49,381 nucleotides of DNA from Octopus sinensis (lineage: Eukaryota): positions 1 through 49,381 of the forward strand of contig NW_021834341.1 in assembly GCF_006345805.1 (NCBI RefSeq). Direction: 5' to 3'. This document shows positions 14,181-26,171 of this stretch, piece after piece (position 1 is the stretch's first letter; every line of letters starts with the position of its first letter). A program made the translations under genes and the position numbers. A model generated the notes under the pieces. The model saw nothing but the letters and a program-made list of their open reading frames with translations. It was not told the DNA's origin and did not search any database.

Positions 14181-14501
14181 AAGACATTTATTGATTCATG
14201 CGAAAGCGTACCGGTCAAGAATTTAATTAACACACGTATTTGAAACAGCCTTAGATTAAAATATCGTTGTGGATATATGTTACAAATGCGTATTCAAGCA
14301 TAATGTTGATTTGGTTGACCTTCATTTTAACAACACCTAGAAGGATGAAAGTCAATGTCAACAGGAGCAGATTTGAACCCAGAACATAATACTGCAATAA
14401 TAATAGTAATTTAAGTTTAGAAGATGACAAAGGACTGAGATGTGTGGTGCCTTGCTGAACCAAGAGGACCTGTCCACCACTAAAAAACAGATACAGGTGC
14501 T

Positions 14502-14738
14502 GTTATCTATTTCTTTACTACCCACAAGGGGCTAAACACAGAGAGGACAAACAAGGACAGACAAACGGATTAAGTCGATTATATCGACCCCAGTGCGTAA
14601 CTGGTACTTATTTAATCGAACCCGAAAGGATGAAAGGCAAAGTCGACCTCGGCGGAATTTGAACTCAGAACGTAGCGGCAGACGAAATACGGCTACGCAT
14701 TTCGCCCGGCGTGCTAACGATTCTGCCAGCTCGCTGCC
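14502..14738 (-). mobile_element. Full SINE copy with 10-bp target-site duplication
   Basis: Reverse complement of the 13780 family; TSD tacaggtgct at 14492-14501 and 14739-14748; nearly identical to 34808-35030. Confidence 0.9.
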
Positions 14739-15249
14739 TACAGGTGCTACAAACTATTATCTATCTCCTGTATTTTTAGGCCTTATCTGGGGAAATACGG
14801 GCGCTCTGAGCGAAGCCTTGTCCTCTTAACACAGCAATCTCTTTGAGATACTTCCTTGAGACCTACAAATATCACAGCTAAGTGAGGCTTCAAGTTTTAT
14901 ATATATAGTCATTATATGTATACATAATATTATGTGTATATTTATGTGCGTGTGTGTGTGTATCTTTGCATGTACATATGTGTATGTATGTATGTATGTA
15001 TGTATGTATGTATGTATGTATGTATGTATGTATGATTAAATATGTATAACGTTGTTTTATGCAGAAATCTCAGCTACAAGCTTTCTAAGGAATTTATATC
15101 GAAAACAGTTGTATCTATCAGACCGTCTCACTGCCTGTCTCTCTGTGTATCCCTCTCTCTGTCTGCCTGCCTGTCTGTCTGTCTGCCTGCCTGTCTGTCT
15201 GTCTGCCTGTCTGCCTGTCTGTCTGTCTGTCTGCCTCTTTTTCTCTCTG

Positions 15250-15281
<32 letters not shown>

Positions 15282-15955
15282 CACGCACACAATCACACAC
15301 ACATATACATGTAGTATTCTATGGCGTTGCTAATTCATTTCACTTATATAAAGTGTATTTAAAACACTCCATGCCATACACCACACATACACACATACAC
15401 TCACTCACACGAACAGAAAACTAAATAATATTCACATATACATACATACATACACACATACATACATACATACACACATACATACATACATGCACACACA
15501 TACATACTTGCATACATACATACATAAACACATACATAAACACATACATGCATACATACATAGATACACACATGCATACATACATACATACATAAATAAA
15601 TATACATACATACATACATACACACATACATACATACATTCATACATACATACATACATACATACATACACATGTAAAATAAACAGACGTACGATCTTGT
15701 TCTGCTTATATCATGCCTGAAAAATCCTTCTGATACGATTTTACACACGATTTCTATGACTTCTCCGCCGCCGTCTCCGCCGCCATGTTCGACACTTGTG
15801 TTTATATTGTATTATTTATAAAGTAAATAGAGATATTATTCTATACAATGTAAATATTAACATTAATAATTTGATCACTTTCTCCATGGCGGTTATTGAA
15901 TATTACACTTGTGTTTGCCAACGTGCGCGTGTGTCTGTGTTCGTGTGTATGCAAA

Positions 15956-16003
<48 letters not shown>

Positions 16004-16099
16004 TATATATGTGTGTGTTGTGTGTGTGTGTGTGTGTGTGTTTGTATGTATGTGTATATGTATGTGCGTGTGTATAATATACATATATATATATATGAG

Positions 16100-16408
16100 G
16101 ACCACTCCGTCGGTTATGACGACGAGGGTCCCAGCTGATACGATCAACGAAAATTAACGTGCAACTGGCGGTGTACTACACAGATACATATATCCTTTAC
16201 GCAGATTTTAAGGGAGAGTCAGCGTAACACAGAGTGTGGCAGGGCTGGCCCTTTGAATTACAGGTACTACTCATTTTTGCCAGCTGAGTGGACTGGAGCA
16301 ATGTGAAATAAAGTGTCTTGCTCAAGGACACAACGCGTCGCCAGGAATTGAACTCACAACATTACGATCGTGAGCCTAATGCGCTAACCACTAAGCTACA
16401 CGCCTTTA
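16100..16408 (-). mobile_element. tRNA-derived SINE
   Basis: Minus head tagcttagtggttag...gagttcaattcc; body homologous to 34790-35220. Confidence 0.8.
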
Positions 16409-16557
16409 CACACATACACAGACAGACAGACAGACACACATATAAGTATATATATATATATATATACTTATATGTATGTCTGTCTATCTGTCTGTCTGTC
16501 TGTGTATGTATATATATATATTTAAAAAAGATGTGGAACACGAGTTATGATATATAA

Positions 16558-16746
16558 AAAAGGAAATGAAGAAAATTCTGACAAAATATTTTAAGTAATT
16601 TAAGTAATTTAATTAGGTGAAGTTCTTTTTACCGGTTGCGCATTTGTTATGCTTATCAAAAGATATTTTTTAAAGAGAGATAGAGTTCCTTTCTGATAGA
16701 TTTTTTTACTTAAATTATTTTGTCAGCATTTTCTTCATTTCCTTTT
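16558..16746. mobile_element. Short element with ~30-bp inverted ends and a decayed hammerhead remnant
   Basis: aaaaggaaatgaagaaaattctgacaaaata / tattttgtcagcattttcttcatttcctttt; lies within a (TA)n tract. Confidence 0.7.
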
Positions 16747-16802
16747 ATATATATATATAATATATATATAATATCTTATATCTATATATATCTATATATA
16801 TA

Positions 16803-18455
16803 TCTTATTAAATATTATAAAAGGCAGATTTTATCTGCCTCCCTTTGTCTCTTATAGAAATCTACTATATAGGATTTCTTCAATTACAATTTACCTAGCA
16901 TTTTTTAAGAGTAGAATGCATCGATGGTCTTGCCAGGTCCACTTTTTAAATTTCAACCCCAATTAAGCAAAATTTAGAGAAAACTCACCATTGTGGTGTA
17001 TGAGTCAAATGCTTTTCTTAGTGTGGGATACAGCACACGCACACGCCACACACACAGTGTGCAACGAATAAAGTGAAAGTAATTCACTGTGGTGTGTTGA
17101 CAGGTAGACAATAGAATGCGATGGCGATGGCGATGGCGATGTATATTTGTTTCTGTCTATGACGCTGATAGATACATGAGTAAAATGTATGGGAAGCTAA
17201 GAGATAAGAGTGAGTGAAATGTTCTTGGAAGAGAGTAAATAGCGAGAGAGTGATTTGAGGAAGACTTTACATTAAATAACCGTAGTGGCCTGTCATATGA
17301 AGAGGAATGAGAGGGTACTGGAGGAAATAGGGTGAGTGAGGAAGATGGCCCCTAGCAACTACACCTTTAAGATAGGGATTTCTAAGGTAGCCCACGAGCA
17401 TCGTCACCTCATTCTACATGTCCCTGTAATTTTGGAGCGAATCAGACGACGGATAAAGTTATCTCTAAGAAACAGAAAGATCGCCCAAAAGTGTATATAG
17501 ATATTAAATGTATTTATATATTCATCTATACACATGTATGTATAATGTGCGTGTATATATTTCCATAGAGGTAACCATTCAATCCATACAAAGTTTTTTA
17601 GAACGAAAATATTTATATATAAAAGAAAGGTTGTGTGTCTGTCTACTCCATTTAGATTCCTAACTACTCTCCCACTTTTGCAATGCAGTTTAACCAAAAC
17701 CGGGTATCTTATAGTCGTGATTCATATCGAGCCCTTCTGGGTATTAGCGCGCGTCTACGATGAGTCTATGATTTTACAAATAATTTACCATCATTTTTTC
17801 CATTTTAATGCATATTTTTTTTAATAAAGGGAAGTAACTCTCAAACTTCACACCAATATGCGTGCTCATATGCGACGTAATATCACACCAAGCAGCATTT
17901 CCTCACACCCTCCTTGCACTTCGCGAAGGCAAAATACCAGGGATGAAAATGGTAATATTGCCATCGATTCCATTTGTAACATTGTTAAGACGCCTTCTGA
18001 TCTCAGAGATGCATGTTCCCAGATCTACAAGCTAATTATCAGAATATGGATTGGATTGGCAAAAAGGCTATACTGGCCCCGAGGAATAAAACTGTTCACC
18101 ATATTAATGATGAAATGCTAAAACTCATTCCTGGGGAAGCCTATGTATATCAGTCTATCGATACAACTCCTGACCCAGAGGACGTCATCAACTATCCAAT
18201 AGAGGTACTCAATTCCTTTGAGCACCCCGGACTACACCACACACTTTCTCAAACTTAAAGTTGGTGCCCCTATAATGCTCATCAGAAATTTGGTTCCCCC
18301 AAAACAATGCAATGGCACACGTTTGATCGTTAAGTCCTTATCTCCCACCGTAAACTTATATCAATATTTGCCTGAATAATCATCATAATTCAGTGCAATC
18401 ATTAACAGTACTTTCAAGCAATTCAGCTCCGAGCAACGCCGGGCAATTCTGCTAG
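16803..18455 (+). mobile_element. Deleted or composite Helitron
   Basis: 3' end ccgagcaacgccggg...CTAG then T; PIF1 helicase fragment inside; 5' boundary uncertain (16803 or ~17612). Confidence 0.75.
17830..18350 (+). pseudogene. Helitron RepHel PIF1-family helicase C-terminal fragment (frameshifted)
   Basis: KLHTNMRA; KAILAPRNKTVHHIN; YPIEVLNSFEHPGL; LKVGAPIMLIRNL..PKQCNGTRLIVK. Confidence 0.92.
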
Positions 18456-18465
18456 TATATATATA

Positions 18466-18630
18466 TAGAAGGGCTTCTCTCAGTTTCCGTCTACCAAATC
18501 CATTCACAAAGCGCTGGTCGGCCTTAGAATATAGTAGAAGTTACCTGCCCAAGGTGTCGCGCACTGAGATTGAACTGGGAACCTTGAGGTTGGGAAGCAA
18601 ACTTCTTACCACACAACCACAACCACGCCT
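18466..18630 (-). mobile_element. SINE 5' portion
   Basis: Reverse complement of 46500-46660. Confidence 0.8.
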
Positions 18631-18835
18631 ATGTAGGTATGCATATATATATATATACACATATATGTGAGTCTGTGTTATTGTGCGTGCGTGTGTGTAT
18701 GTGAGGGTGTGTGAGAGAGAATGTGTGTGTGTGCGTGTGTGTACGCGCGCGCATGTATTTACAAATAAACATGCGTATATCGGTTTCTTGTTGTTGCTGA
18801 ACCTCTATGTTACGAGGACGTAACCAAGCCCTCAC

Positions 18836-18975
18836 CGGTTATTGGAAGATGACATACAACCTCAAGCATGCGCGCCCGCTGCACACGCATGCACAACAAA
18901 CACGCACTCCAAAACACATGCGCGCGCGCTGGCACACACATGATAGGCTTGCGCATCTAGGGCTATATTTATAGA
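18836..18975 (-). promoter_or_regulatory. Candidate TATA promoter and non-coding first exon
   Basis: Minus-strand TATAAATA at 18973-18966, TCA with its A 32 nt downstream (18941), CpG-rich tract, donor-like CCG/GTGAGG at 18836/18835. Confidence 0.3.
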
Positions 18976-19239
18976 AGACACTCACCCATGACACGACCCG
19001 GAGGTACCAAACATGAAACACACGTTTTTCCAAAGCCAACTTAAACTCAGACGTCTCTGCACCTAAAAGCCATTTAACAATTGGACAGACTCTGTTGTTT
19101 CTTCCATCGATTAATAAACATTGTTAGAATGGAGGGGCTGTACCCGTAACATTTTTCTCGGGATTCCGAGACTGATGGTGGAACATGATATGAGAATGCA
19201 CGACAGTTTCGTTGTTAGACGACAGTTTGGATATGATTC

Positions 19240-19696
19240 AATTGATGTATCGAAGTATCTGCTAATTTGCTCCTAATCCCCGCTGCAAAATGTTCTGTCT
19301 CATAATTCCTTCAAGAGAATTATGGACCAGACTTCACCATTTTTAGTTTCTGATATCCTTGTCCCTCGATTATGAACTTATCGTTTACTATGTATGGGGT
19401 GCGATTTTGAAAGACACCAACCACTCTGCCTGCAACACCAAAGCTAAGGAGGTAGCCTAGATCAAGGCGGTATTCGAAGATCTTCCCAGGGTTATAGTGA
19501 GGAACGCATATACCAGGTTCCGGAGCCTTCTTGCAGCCGTAGTGAAAGTTGAGGCAGCTATTTTGAATAAAGTGTCATCTCTCAGGCATAATAATCTAGT
19601 TCATATTTTTCGCAATTTTAAAATTCCTTCAATTTTAGATGGGATACTGTGTTTTATTTTATTTTAAGCAAACAATCAAAATTAACACGAACACCG
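19240..19696 (+). mobile_element. Tc1/mariner (maT-like) transposase C-terminal remnant
   Basis: YYVWGAILKDTNHSACNTK...NAYTRFRSLLAAVVKVE, similar to the 7469 element; ends acaccg-ta. Confidence 0.7.
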
Positions 19697-19899
19697 TATA
19701 TGTCCACCATTCATGAAGACATATGATCCATTCCACAGACCTTAGCATCATTTCCGTGTATCCAATTGGATTGAGCCGAGTCTTATGTGAAATACACTCA
19801 ACGATATCACAACCATTTATTATTGAACTACGAGAACGGTCGATAGATCTTATAAGAATTTCAGTGGCTTCTAAAAAATGATTAAAGAGAAATGAACTA

Positions 19900-20525
19900 A
19901 CGGGAAATTATTTGACTAAAGATTTTTCATTAATTTCTGTTTCTCAGAAACTGTACTCATCATTCTATTTTATAGAAACTGATTTTAATGGTCTCCTTGA
20001 GGGAACAAGTTGAGGGCATTTTATTTTATCAAAGAAGTCGGTAAGATTAGATAAAATGTAATACCAATCTGCACTCTGTCAGAAAATTGAGTAAATTTGA
20101 TTTTTGTTTTTCTTGCGATGAAAGGAAATAATTTGTTGTTTTTTTATTTAATGAAACTGCTGTAACCCTTCGAAAAATCTTACCATGTAACAACCATCTA
20201 GTTTTTGAGTGCAACAATCAATTTTTGTATGCAGTTCCTGCAGCGTTGCAAAATTCTGAAAATAATCAAACATCTGTTGAATTGGCTTTAATGAAATTCA
20301 CGATCTTGATAATAGCATCCATATTGACAGACAAATCATGGACCATTTCCTTTGATGTTGGCACCTGTCTTTGAATAATGCAATGTGTTTGCAATATATA
20401 TATATAATATATATATATATTATATATATATATATATTATAATAAAATCGCTCTCAGTTGTTTGACTTTTGTGCAAAATCCATTGAGCTTTCCTGTAATG
20501 TTAATATCAACTTTTGTTCACATTA
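19900..20525 (-). pseudogene. hAT (Buster/Charlie-like) transposase fragment
   Basis: THCIIQRQ...IIKIVNFIKAN...LLHSKTRWLLHGK; LTDFFDKI; stops and a (TA)n insertion. Confidence 0.8.
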
Positions 20526-20562
20526 CGACAGATACGAAAGTTGTATGGAACGCAATGCAAGT

Positions 20563-21630
20563 ATGGGGATAACTTTTTAAAATTAACTTACATAAGTCGT
20601 TCAAAGTTCATATAATGATAGAGAAACTCTCTCTATATACAAAGGTATTAGTTAATATGGTCTCCTTCACAACCCAAATTCCTCTGTTGATGAATCCTAC
20701 TCCCGAATCCCGAATCTTCTTTGAAGAAATTCACATGTGCATTGTTGTATCCACTTCTTCACGGCTACTTAATTTCACCATGACTGTATCATCAAATCGT
20801 TGTCTCCGAAGATTGTTCTTCATTGAATTGATCAGGTGAGGATCAAATTTACTGAATGCCCGATTTGTTGTCAAAGATGCGTTTGGTCCTACATTGTCGT
20901 GTGGACGTGGGACCGTTTTCATATTCTTCCTCCCAGTGGCTTTTCTAAGTTATGTTCACGGTACAACCCTGTTTCAGAACACCAAGGAAAAAGACGCCTT
21001 TGTCATCCCCTAAGCAGTCGCTATAAACTTCTGTGCCGACCGATAGATCTTAAACTTTTTTGGTCTCGGAGAAGTGTGACGCCATTCCATGTACTGAGTT
21101 TTCGTTCCTGGACAATGAAGACACGACAACGATTCATTCTTTGCCGTCAGATCGGAAAAAAGCGCGTTTTATTGGCTTCAAACGCTTCCGGTAGATCAGA
21201 GCAGATTTCTACCTCTACTTCCGGTGTCAACTACTGAGATACCTACCGTTTTCCACCGTCTTCCACCATCTTCTTCAATACACTGTCATCAAAGTCTATT
21301 CCTGTTGGAATCTCACAGAGTTTGACTCATCTATTCACGTGAATAGGTCCATTCGCTGGTGATTTGTTACAGTGGTCGCCGTCGGTGGTCTACCGCTGCC
21401 TGGTTTGTGCTCAATACTGATTTCCCCTTCTTTAAACTTCTTTATCCATCTCTACACATTGCCCCTGCTAATGGTGTCAATATACGACATACATATACAC
21501 ATATATAGACATACACAGATTGTAGCCTCCCGTTTATGACGGACAAGCCATAATCCTCCTTCGCTAAGAACTTTATGACGGCATGTTGCTTCTACTTGGA
21601 ACACATTATTTACCTACTATGAAGAATAGA
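20563..21630 (-). mobile_element. Decayed mariner (DD34D-type) transposon
   Basis: QHAVIKFL; SRGNV*RWIKKFKEG..PGSGRP; TKTQYMEWRHTSPRPKKFK; HDNVGP; SMKNNLRRQRF. Confidence 0.85.
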
Positions 21631-21818
21631 AAGAAGAGTTACAACAGGGGAAGAGTTACTACAGAGAAAGAGTTACTCTAACCATAAATGCAATTTGAAC
21701 GGCGTATGCCAGTTACTGTAGAGCCTCATCTGAATTTCCAATATTTCATTTGATACATTATTTACATTATTTACACTATTTACATTTGACGGATATTTGT
21801 CCTCATCTTTGTTGTTAA

Positions 21819-21860
21819 CACAACGTTTCGGCTGATATACCCTCCAGCCTTCATCAAGTG
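21819..21860 (-). ncRNA. Minimal PLE-type hammerhead motif, C3 mutated
   Basis: cac TTGATGA a GGCTG gagggtatat CAGCC GAA ACGT T gtg; flanked by inverted (aatgtaaat)n repeats. Confidence 0.6.
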
Positions 21861-22774
21861 ACTTGGGTAAATTTCGAACCTGGGTTCTCATTCCTAAGGT
21901 ATTTTAATGTAAATAATGTAAATAATGTAAATAATGTACATAATTCCCCATCTCTTAAATATAGAACTCTATTTCATTGGATGTTGTGCATAGCAAAAAG
22001 ACCGAGCAGAAAATAAAACTAAAGATTCCCGTAGAATTTATTTACGTAAAATATCGAAAATATCGAACACATTATAACACTTGTACTTGACTTCTGGCGA
22101 TATTATTTTTCATTTGACTGTATCAAAAGCTTGGAGTTTATTATCTTTCGATCGTGCGATCCACTTGATTTTCCATCGAGTCTGCGCTTCAGCATGTCAT
22201 AAGAAAATGGGTTTGATTTCGAATTTAACGCAATATTTTCACTAGAAACCTTTCATATCCCGCCGACAAAATGAAAGATCCACCACCTGTATGTGTTTTG
22301 ATAACATTGCAATAATTTCTTCCACTATATAAGACAATTATAAGCAAAATGAAGCTGTAATAATATAAAGCCAGCAGGATTTTGCTTCTAATATGAATAG
22401 AGAAGTCCTTAAACTGTGGTTAAAATTTGCTGGATTGTTATTCGTGTTTGAGACATGTTTATTTGAGACCCTTCAGTTTTGATAACTCTAAATTTATGTT
22501 TGGTAAAACAAAACACTTTTCTTTTTACTCGGCGGGATTGCTACCGGAGTACAAAACCATACTTGAAATAAGAAGAATCGAATAGAATATTTCTTTCAAT
22601 TTTCCTTTTAAGATGAGAATGGAAGTCCTGCTACGTTAGAATTCCACTTTAGAAATTTATAGATTATTTTAATTAACATACATGCATACAAACGTACATG
22701 CATATGCATGCGTACATATTACATACATAAATATAGACAGATGTACAGGGACAGACAGACGCTCATATACAGGA

Positions 22775-22846
<72 letters not shown>

Positions 22847-22892
22847 CCCCAAAACACGTGCATTTAGATATATTTGGATTGATACACTCACA

Positions 22893-22929
<37 letters not shown>

Positions 22930-23115
22930 CATATATACATATAAAACATATTCGTATATATATATGCATATACATGCATATATGTATGTCTATGTATACA
23001 TATTTATTTATATATGCGTATATATATATATAATATATATATATATATGTATATATTTATGTATGTACCTATATATGCATGTGTATATATATTTACGTAT
23101 GTATATATGTATACA

Positions 23116-23153
<38 letters not shown>

Positions 23154-24264
23154 TATTTACGTATGTATACATATATATATATATGTATATATTTATGTAT
23201 GTACCTATATATGCATGTGTATATATATTTACGTATGTATACATATATATATATATGCATGTATGTATATATATACATATGTATGCATATGTATGTATGT
23301 GTCTATGTGTGTGTGTGTGTGCGTATGCATAACCGAGATTATTGTATGGAGATGATATTATTGGTTACGTAATATTCAAGTAGGAAACTGCATGAAATAT
23401 GAATTTTTCTGTTTAATATGCTGCAACATGTGTCTACTCTGACAGTTATATATGTAACTCTCTGCACACAGAGTTAGTATACGAGAATTTAGGAGCATCT
23501 CTAAGCCAGTAGGAATGGGGAGACGGAGGCGAAATGCATGAAATTCTTTGCTTACAGAACAAAGACAACTATCTGACATGACAGGTTCAATCTATATAAA
23601 CTGCCAGTAGGTCTCGAGGTCAGTGTAAGCTTTATATGACGTAATGCCACGACGTGGTTTGAAGTTTGGCATCACGCATGCATAACGGCTTCTAGAATGT
23701 TCTGAAACGGTAATATGGTGACAGAGAATTGATAGAGTTGAAATATGTGGTGTTCTTGACTGGAGATGAAATGGAACCGGCTGCCATAAAAAGTTATATA
23801 TATTTCAATGGTTAAAATCTAAAGTCAGTCTCTGATTTATTAGAATTATGATCATGAAAAGAATATTTTAATTACGTTATACGAGGTAATTTGCTTTGCC
23901 TTCTTTTTCTGTCCTGAGATCACCGTCAAGGATGCCTGACCATGCTAGAAATATTGGTTTAATTCACAGAGATTTGAAGTTACAGCACCGACAACCACTT
24001 ATATCGATATGCGTCACAGGGTTTGTATAACTCGCTTAAATGAACTAAATTTTTGTACCGATTCATTCTCACCCGTCTACCATAATGTATATATATATAT
24101 ATATATATGTATATATAACTTATATATAGAGGGCATTATACATACATGCCAGAGAGCATTATACATACATGCCACACGCTAAGAGGGACAATTAGTCATT
24201 TCTACCAAAAATATTACTAATCCCACCGAATGCAATTTTTCAAAATAAGACATTTAAAAAATAT

Positions 24265-24312
24265 AGACCTGTATCACAGTGATTTCTTACTTACGTATTC
24301 ATCAGCAGGCCT
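24265..24312 (-). ncRNA. Type I hammerhead ribozyme, array A copy 1
   Basis: aggcctg CTGATGA atac gtaa gtaa GAA atcac t gtgat A caggtct; first stem II pair is an A/A mismatch. Confidence 0.8.
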
Positions 24313-24738
24313 GAATGCATCATACATAAACGACCCTGCCCCGCTTAAGCCGATCAGCTAACTGATCAACATCAACGAAGCACATGGGTGAGTTTACATA
24401 TATTACATCCTGTAAATGGCATACTTTTACGAATTGCATTTCGGGAGAGGAAAAGTTTTTTCGGAATAAAAATTTAGCAATTAAGGACAACTACTTAATA
24501 AGGAAAACTTAACAAGAAATTGTCAGGTAGATAGCGTGAAAACCTCATAAGAGAATAAATTTCGAAATATTATTTCTTATTGAACATATTAATTTATATA
24601 TAGAGGGCATTATACATACATGCCAGAGAGCATTATACATACATGCCACACGCTAAGAGGGACAATTAGTCATTTCTACCAAAAATATTACTAATCCCAC
24701 CGAATGCAATTTTTCAAAATAAGACATTTAAAAAATAT

Positions 24739-24786
24739 AGACCTGTATCACAGTGATTTCATACTTACGTATTCATCAGCAGGCCT
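24739..24786 (-). ncRNA. Type I hammerhead ribozyme, array A copy 2
   Basis: aggcctg CTGATGA ATAC gtaa GTAT GAA ATCAC t GTGAT A caggtct: 7-bp stem I, 4-bp stem II with GNRA loop, intact core, AUA cleavage triplet. Confidence 0.9.
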
Positions 24787-25214
24787 GAATGTATCATACA
24801 TAAACGACCCTGCCCCGCTTAAGCCGATCAGCTAACTGATCAACATCAACGAAGCACATGGGTGAGTTTACATATATTACATCCTGTAAATGGCATACTT
24901 TTACGAATTGCATTTCGGGAGAGGAAAAGTTTTTTCGGAATAAAAATTTAGCAATAAGGACAACTACTTAATAAGGAAAACTTAACAAGAAATTGTCAGG
25001 TAGATAGCGTGAAAACCTCATAAGAGAATAATTTCGAAAATAATTATTTCTTATTGAACATATTAATTTATATATAGAGGGCATTATACATACATGCCAG
25101 AGAGCATTATACATACATGCCACACGCGCTAAGAGGGACAATTAGTCATTTCTACCAAAAATATTACTAATCCCACCGAATGCAATTTTTCAAAATAAGA
25201 CATTTAAAAAATAT

Positions 25215-25262
25215 AGACCTGTATCACAGTGATTTCATACTTACGTATTCATCAGCAGGCCT
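25215..25262 (-). ncRNA. Type I hammerhead ribozyme, array A copy 3
   Basis: Identical to copy 2. Confidence 0.9.
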
Positions 25263-25480
25263 GAATGTATCATACATAAACGACCCTGCCCCGCTTAAGC
25301 CGATCAGCTAACTGATCAACATCAACGAAGCACATGGGTGAGTTTACATATATTACATCCTGTAAATGGCATTATATATATATATGCATATATATGTATG
25401 CATTTATGTATGTATGTATGTATGTATGCATGTATGTATGTATGTATGTATGTATGTATGTATGTATGTATGTATGTATG

Positions 25481-25516
<36 letters not shown>

Positions 25517-25693
25517 ATATATAGCCGATTTTCTTCCAGAATTAGCCAAGAAAACATTTTATCATTAATTAAAATCTTAGGGTAGCAAGAATATTCATAG
25601 AAAAATATTCATAGAAAAATTCTTAGTTGCCAGTAGTCTAGCGAGAAAGAAACAATTAGTCAATAGACTATATATTATTCAAAGAAGAATACA

Positions 25694-25942
25694 GTGTACG
25701 TTCAAACACAAAAGAGATACCCGAAGAATAGGACATCTGACTCGCTAGAAAGAGCAGTTAAAACTCCAAGCCACCAATTGTTGTAATTCCAAAAGTGATT
25801 GGAAAATAGGATTAAGGTAAATGTTTTTATTTTCCAGTCACTTTCGGAATTACAACAATTGGTGGCTTGGAGTTTTAACTGCTCTTTCTAGCGAGTCAGA
25901 TATCGTATTCTTCGGGTATCTCTTTTCTGTTTGAACGTACAC
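25694..25942. repeat. Inverted repeat, ~115-bp arms, ~19-nt spacer
   Basis: 25694-25808 is the near-perfect reverse complement of 25828-25942. Confidence 0.92.
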
Positions 25943-26171
25943 GATATATATATATATATATAATATACACGCACATATGGTCCAAAACTATAGAAAACAC
26001 AAAGAAAAGGGAAAGAACAGCAAACATAGTGTATTAGTTTAATGCCCAGGAAAATGAGCGAAGTCTGTAACGTTTTGAGCCATCATTCGGAATAATTCAG
26101 CACTGAATATATTCCGGTAAAATTTAAAATTTAGAAATAGGATAAAATCTTTATAAGTATTTATCAAGTAG

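Larger units (their letters stand above)
24122..25372 (-). mobile_element. Tandem array A: ~2.6 copies of a 474-476-bp non-coding unit, retrozyme-like
   Basis: gagggcattatacatac starts at 24129, 24603, 25077; copies near-identical; one HHR per unit; bounded by (TA)n. Confidence 0.9.
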
